From IMG/VR virus record IMGVR_UViG_3300023048_000001, positions 1-64,000 of that record: a DNA stretch of 64,000 nucleotides; one strand, written 5' to 3'. The DNA is from a virus (lineage: Duplodnaviria; Caudoviricetes). Positions 60,001 through 64,000 of the stretch are shown piece after piece. Every line of letters starts with the position of its first letter. Position 1 is the stretch's first letter. Below the pieces are notes generated by a model. The model had not been told where the DNA came from, made no database searches, and saw only the letters and a list, made by a program, of their open reading frames with translations. The position numbers were made by a program, and so were the translations under genes.

Positions 60001-61005
60001 AGTTGGTGTGATGCTAGGTGTGACAGACATCGTTGGTGTGGGAGTTACCGTACCGTGATTGAAATTAACATAATGCTCATTAAAATCGACATAGATGGTA
60101 TTAGGTGATACGATGTATCCAACTTTCTGGAAAGAGAAGTTGACATCGAATTGAGTAGTTAATTCACCATTTCTACCAACAAACAAAGCCGTGTGAACAG
60201 GTTCAGACCAATTCCAATCAGTTCTATTGATGACAAAGCCAACATTATGTAAGGTAACAATTTGTCCAGTAGAAACACTTCTTTCAGCCAAGGCAAATGC
60301 AGGCTGTGATAATTTCTGCTGATCAGCAAGTTCTAATGTATTGTAATTCTTCCAAGTGACGCAGAAATGCTTTGTTATATCTTCTTCTGCAACACCATTT
60401 GCCTGTGTGATTCTCTTATATGTAAAAGAATCCTTGGAATCATTTTTAAATTGGGTGATGGTTGTCTTGTTGTAGAACTCAAATCCACTATCTGTAAATC
60501 TTTTAATTGGATTTGAATTATTGTCTAGCACGATTACATCAGTTACACATGGTTGCAACACGTTAATCTGTGTTCCATTTGCCTGAGTGTTAACTCTTCC
60601 TGAAGCATCAATGGCTGCTGCAATCACACGGATACAATCAATCCAGTACTGCCCATTCCATGTTTTATACTTGAATGTGAATTTATCGAAATACATCTGG
60701 TTTTCGATAGGGTCAGATGGAGCTACCCATGAAAATGGATTTGCGCTAGTGTAACCAAAAGTTAAGGAAGCATCTTCAGTGCTGATATCCCAATATAGCC
60801 AGATAGCTTGACCTGATGGTAAGTCAGACCAAGCATTTGCAGTAGATGTAGATTCAGTGACAAGATAATTAGATGAACCATCTGCGAAGGAAATTAATGT
60901 TGGTGATGTACCAGCATTAAAATCAGCACCACCTGATGTGTTCAAAGTAATGAATCTTGGCAGCTTTTGGCTGTCAATTATTCCTTGTCTAAAATTGATC
61001 TTCAT
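57043..61005 (-). CDS. Mucin-like virion fibre protein: anchor, ~650-aa PTS stalk, C-terminal beta-propeller (1320 aa)
   Basis: N-terminus paralogous to 7823..11122; repeated YKNN.DDTFT...WSPNG.YLA blades. Confidence 0.8.
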   Translation of the reverse strand: MKINFRQGIIDSQKLPRFITLNTSGGADFNAGTSPTLISFADGSSNYLVTESTSTANAWSDLPSGQAIWLYWDISTEDASLTFGYTSANPFSWVAPSDPIENQMYFDKFTFKYKTWNGQYWIDCIRVIAAAIDASGRVNTQANGTQINVLQPCVTDVIVLDNNSNPIKRFTDSGFEFYNKTTITQFKNDSKDSFTYKRITQANGVAEEDITKHFCVTWKNYNTLELADQQKLSQPAFALAERSVSTGQIVTLHNVGFVINRTDWNWSEPVHTALFVGRNGELTTQFDVNFSFQKVGYIVSPNTIYVDFNEHYVNFNHGTVTPTPTMSVTPSITPTISNTPTPSSSPTPTVTSTQTSTVTPSPTTTNTPTVTSSRTPHATGTPVATATRTVTPTITVTPSVTASHSATPTPTPTRSLSHTPTATRTFTPTPTVTRSLSQTPTATRLATPTPTASRTPSVSATVSITPSVTASNSPTPSVTATTSVSPTVTPSITASATLTVTPTITASVTVSPSVSSTPGVTATPTLTATPSVTPTQTASATVTPSITASISPSPTVTSTPTMTATISVTPSITPSVTRSPAITFTPTPTATHTVTATPTVTASITPSVTRTVSITPTVTSTVSVSATPALTVTPSATVSITPSVTKSITITPSVTVSLSPSVTPTPTPSVTQTASVTPTITLSASVSLTPSPTVTITPTQTISVTPSITATAGVTATPTLTVSPTPSVSGTPGVTITPTVTVSPTISLTPSITTSITGTPSATVTPSVTGTPPVTHTVTPTLTFTPTLTATPSVTTTVSLSPALTATPSVTATISGTPSASVTPSVSTTPSVTPTRTTTPTITVTPSVTMSPTVTATVSLSPALTVTPTVSTTISLTPTLTTTPTVTFTPTITRSISPTPSVTGTPPVTQTITPTISTTPSVTGTPAVTPTPTPTITASTTAPVTPTVTATITVTPSITSSPTPTPSKTPTPTATPGALTVNSVGFSSSNYAMANKNRTTAPLHEFTVYKNNGASFSGLGTGPTNYANTQNTISRSFTGNFFTINSTTTTPRILVYTNNGDDTFTDITANLDVPLTANAYSSAFSPTDNILAIGLGGTPFINFYSRTGTSFTKLAIPASLPGYTVACMGWSPNGTYLAVTSSANSPYYNIYKNNGDGTFTSLSGVLATFPTSGLTNGCTWSADSKYLAFVNSSAPYLHIYKNNFDDTFTKLSTPTIPANGLASGMFSPNGNYLALGSSATSTNTILILKNNNNDTFTLLTNPVTPTNTYITQDTLSWSQDSSMLIAGFNVPGYAAGASAPIRVYVNNGDDTFTIKSDITY
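58080..60050 (-). repeat. Degenerate coding repeat for ~650 aa of (T/S)-X dipeptides
   Basis: Continuous PTS tract in the translation. Confidence 0.9.
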
Positions 61006-61024
61006 GATAATCCAAATATTCTAA

Positions 61025-61032
61025 TATTTATA
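61025..61032 (-). promoter_or_regulatory. Late promoter (TATAAATA)
   Basis: 19 nt upstream of ATG 61005. Confidence 0.75.
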
Positions 61033-61039
61033 TATTAGA

Positions 61040-64000
61040 TCATGGAGAAACATATCGGGTAGCAGTTTTAATGATTAAATTTCCCCACATGAACTGTCCA
61101 CCAGAACCAGACTGAGTTGTATTATCAAATGTTATCAATACGAACTTATCATTGTATGGGAAAGCTACCGGCCACGGCTGTGTGCTTCCACCACCATCCT
61201 GTGCAGCATCAAGATTACCAAGGAAATTCATTGATGAATCATAAACCAGCATGGTTGATCGGCCACCAGTTAAGATATAATCCTGACCATTAACAACAAA
61301 ATGCTTAGTTCCTTCATATCCTTGGCGGGTAGTATCCGCACCAACCAAAGTCCAATTGACAAGATCAGTTGAAGTTGCTAGTGCAGCATAAAAAGGTGAT
61401 CCGCTGAATGTAGTATTATCAACTATAGTGTAAGCTAATTTATAAGTGGTTCCATCGAACAGCATGCATGGATCATATGTGCCAGCATCAGCAGATAGTT
61501 TTCCCGGTAGATTTAGGATAGTTCCATTATTAAGAGTAAATCTACCACCACCAATTAAATTGTCAGTTGTGTGGAAATGTTCTACCTGAATAGTACCACC
61601 CGTACCAAACCCATTACCCCACGTAGCAAGATACATTTCAAATGAACCATCAGCATTCTTAACTATCTGTCCTGCAATATCTGAGGTTAGTACACCACCA
61701 CGTTCAATGATTATGGCAGAATCTTGTGAAACGGTGTAGGTAGTTAAATCTAATGAATAGACACCGATATAGCCAGCACCAGATGAATCAAATGAAGTCG
61801 CTGAGAATTGAACAACACCATTTGTGATAATTGGGCTATTGTCTGGATTTACGACAATGGAAAAATCTCTCATCTTCGAAGTACCGCAGATTCCTGATTT
61901 GAAATCTGAATATTTGAACGTAGCTGACTCTCCACTGAGTAGGCCAAATGCTGAATAGAATGTATTGATGGCAGTTGGATTCTCCATGAATGCAAATTTA
62001 TTATTTAAAGAATAATTTTCAGAGGTATACCATCCCGCCCCAATATCGTAATAAGAAATCACAGTATCATTTATCAAACTCATACCAATCTTAAATGGCA
62101 CAGTTGGTATACCAATCGATACACCATTAGAAAAGTATTGAGTACCATTTTGTTTAACCATAATAGATAGGTAACCATTCTGATTATTAAAAATTACACC
62201 TACGAAGTTATTGGCATCCTGAGCAACACCCGCAAATGTAATTTGGTAATTTGATGCACCAGATGGCATTTGTGTAATAGTGGATGATACGAATGCTTGA
62301 GGTGATACTAGAGGATCGCCCTGACCTAATAACGTTATAGAGGTGACTGCACCATTTATCGTTAGATTGGTGCCATCAGTATTATATGTAGATAGGCTAT
62401 CACCCAAACTTATTAAGTCTGTTAAACTAGATAAGTTATTATTAAAATCCAACGCATTACCCATAGGCTGAATATCAAAGTTTGATACTGTAGCCGCTGT
62501 AGTATAATGCTGGGATAACGGAGCTACTTCAAAAACTGCTACTGGACTTGCTGTTGGTGTTACAGAAGGAGTAGGCGTTGGCGTTATAGAAGTTTCACCC
62601 GTTGGCGTGAAACCAACAGGAATTGGATAGTCGAATTCGCTGTTTAGTGTTATATACTGGAAGTTCTGTAAACCATAATAGGTTGAACCGCCGAATTGGA
62701 ATATTGCGGAGCCGGGAGTAAACGTTTGAGTTGGATTAGTTCCAGTTGACGGATCACTATCATCAGCCCAAGTTCCGTTTAATCCATACCAGATATAACC
62801 AAGATCAAAGTCTACTGCCATCATGCATAGGTCACCTCTATCAGCAACACCTAAGTTAACCGAGACAATATCGCCCGTAGCATTTCTCAACACAACTGGA
62901 TTTCTATACGGTTGGATACCATAACCACCTGTTGGATTATCAAGTGATTGATAGGTAGAGGTGGTCGGCATCATACCGTACATTGGCCCCTCAAGGAAAG
63001 CTTGCGCAGTACTATTAGCTAGGAATTTATAACCCATGATATACTTACCAGTGGTAAACTGTCTTATGGATTTAACCCAACCATGCCCCATAGTATCAAT
63101 TTTATCGGCTTCATATTTTGATGGGAATGTATATAGATCATTTCCCGTGCTTAAATCCATAGGGTTTAAAGATGTTATCAAAGTACCTGAAGTAGTAATG
63201 GATGGCGTAGGGCTTGGTGATGGTGTAGGACTTGGTGTTTGTGTTATAGAAGGATTTTGAATGGCTAATGTTGCATGTGCCGCAACACGAGCAGGTGTAA
63301 GAACCCTGCTGTAATAAGCAAAGTCACTACCAAAGCCAACAGGAATATCACTATACTGTAAGCGGCCCATAACGTTCATTCTACCATACAGGGTAGGCGT
63401 TTCATTCACGGTAGCAGAAGCTACAAGAACACCATTTTCATATAGACAAGCTATTTTTGTGAAATTATCAAAGGTAAACACCACATGTAGTGTTTGCCCC
63501 AACGAATTAGTGTTTGGTGAAATAATATCTGTGTTCAACACACGCGCATTTAATGTACCATTATTATACCAAATAGCTGTACCACCACCCAAGTTATCCC
63601 ATTCAGCACCCATAATAATCTTATGGGTAGCACCACCGGTAATTTTAATGATAGCTTCAAGTGTAAATGAACTTGAAATTTCAGTAACCATTGGGCAGTA
63701 TGCAAGATTTGTCTCAACTGCAAGAACATTTGCCGATGCCGATGAACCATATCGTAATGGTGATGATCCAAGCTTAAGGTTGGTGGATGTTGAATATATG
63801 CCAGTATTACCATTCCCTGAGCTATCAATCATAGCTGTTGAACCGCTTGCTTCATCTAGTTTCCAATATGCTGTTGGACTATCAGACATTACAATACCTT
63901 CATATGTTGTAGGTAGAGGTGATGAAACAGTCACAGATGGTGTGATTGTTGGAGTCATTGTTGGAGTAGCAGTCAATGATGCTGTTGGAGTAATAGAAAG
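61040..64000 (-). CDS. Mucin-like fibre protein, 5'-truncated by the window: PTS, LamG, SPRY-like, ConA-like and glycosidase-like propeller domains
   Basis: Frame is open to the window edge; PTAYWKLDE (LamG); MAVDFDLGYIWYGLNGTW (SPRY-like); YDP...ATSTDLVNW...YEG (five-blade GH-like). Confidence 0.75.
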   Translation of the reverse strand, partial: LSITPTASLTATPTMTPTITPSVTVSSPLPTTYEGIVMSDSPTAYWKLDEASGSTAMIDSSGNGNTGIYSTSTNLKLGSSPLRYGSSASANVLAVETNLAYCPMVTEISSSFTLEAIIKITGGATHKIIMGAEWDNLGGGTAIWYNNGTLNARVLNTDIISPNTNSLGQTLHVVFTFDNFTKIACLYENGVLVASATVNETPTLYGRMNVMGRLQYSDIPVGFGSDFAYYSRVLTPARVAAHATLAIQNPSITQTPSPTPSPSPTPSITTSGTLITSLNPMDLSTGNDLYTFPSKYEADKIDTMGHGWVKSIRQFTTGKYIMGYKFLANSTAQAFLEGPMYGMMPTTSTYQSLDNPTGGYGIQPYRNPVVLRNATGDIVSVNLGVADRGDLCMMAVDFDLGYIWYGLNGTWADDSDPSTGTNPTQTFTPGSAIFQFGGSTYYGLQNFQYITLNSEFDYPIPVGFTPTGETSITPTPTPSVTPTASPVAVFEVAPLSQHYTTAATVSNFDIQPMGNALDFNNNLSSLTDLISLGDSLSTYNTDGTNLTINGAVTSITLLGQGDPLVSPQAFVSSTITQMPSGASNYQITFAGVAQDANNFVGVIFNNQNGYLSIMVKQNGTQYFSNGVSIGIPTVPFKIGMSLINDTVISYYDIGAGWYTSENYSLNNKFAFMENPTAINTFYSAFGLLSGESATFKYSDFKSGICGTSKMRDFSIVVNPDNSPIITNGVVQFSATSFDSSGAGYIGVYSLDLTTYTVSQDSAIIIERGGVLTSDIAGQIVKNADGSFEMYLATWGNGFGTGGTIQVEHFHTTDNLIGGGRFTLNNGTILNLPGKLSADAGTYDPCMLFDGTTYKLAYTIVDNTTFSGSPFYAALATSTDLVNWTLVGADTTRQGYEGTKHFVVNGQDYILTGGRSTMLVYDSSMNFLGNLDAAQDGGGSTQPWPVAFPYNDKFVLITFDNTTQSGSGGQFMWGNLIIKTATRYVSP

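Noticed and set aside
1-64000. Genome-wide TAG recoding (genetic code 15)
   Set aside because: Long genes are intact under the standard code and coding density is high; only one candidate internal TAG was seen.

Overview
This window is part of a large T4-related (jumbo-type) myovirus genome, AT-rich, with no rRNA, tRNA or CRISPR seen. The centre holds core genes: a gp15-like tail terminator, tail sheath, tail tube, gp4-like head completion nuclease, DsbA-like protein, family B DNA polymerase, probable sliding clamp, RNase H-like exonuclease, a nucleotidyltransferase and thyA. Two converging islands flank it (1-12.2 kb on +, 44-64 kb on -, about half the window). They encode at least eight large proteins built as a shared anchor domain, a long mucin-like Thr/Ser/Pro stalk and lectin-like heads (LamG, discoidin, SPRY, beta-propeller). 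Between the islands (28.3-37.5 kb) is a glycan-building cluster. It has a GT60 polypeptide alpha-GlcNAc transferase, the family that initiates O-glycosylation of Thr-rich mucin repeats in Dictyostelium and trypanosomes. It also has a NodU/CmcH-type O-carbamoyltransferase fused to an HtrL-like domain, two further HtrL/YibB-type proteins, a DxD GT-A protein and a GT-B protein. A T4-type late promoter (NATAAATA) lies 17-39 nt upstream of 18 start codons, including most of the fibre genes and the carbamoyltransferase-GT operon. The best candidate for a novel system is a phage-encoded mucin O-glycosylation pathway that builds a glycosylated, possibly carbamoylated, fibre coat on the virion. This is inference from motifs read by eye; no searches were run.
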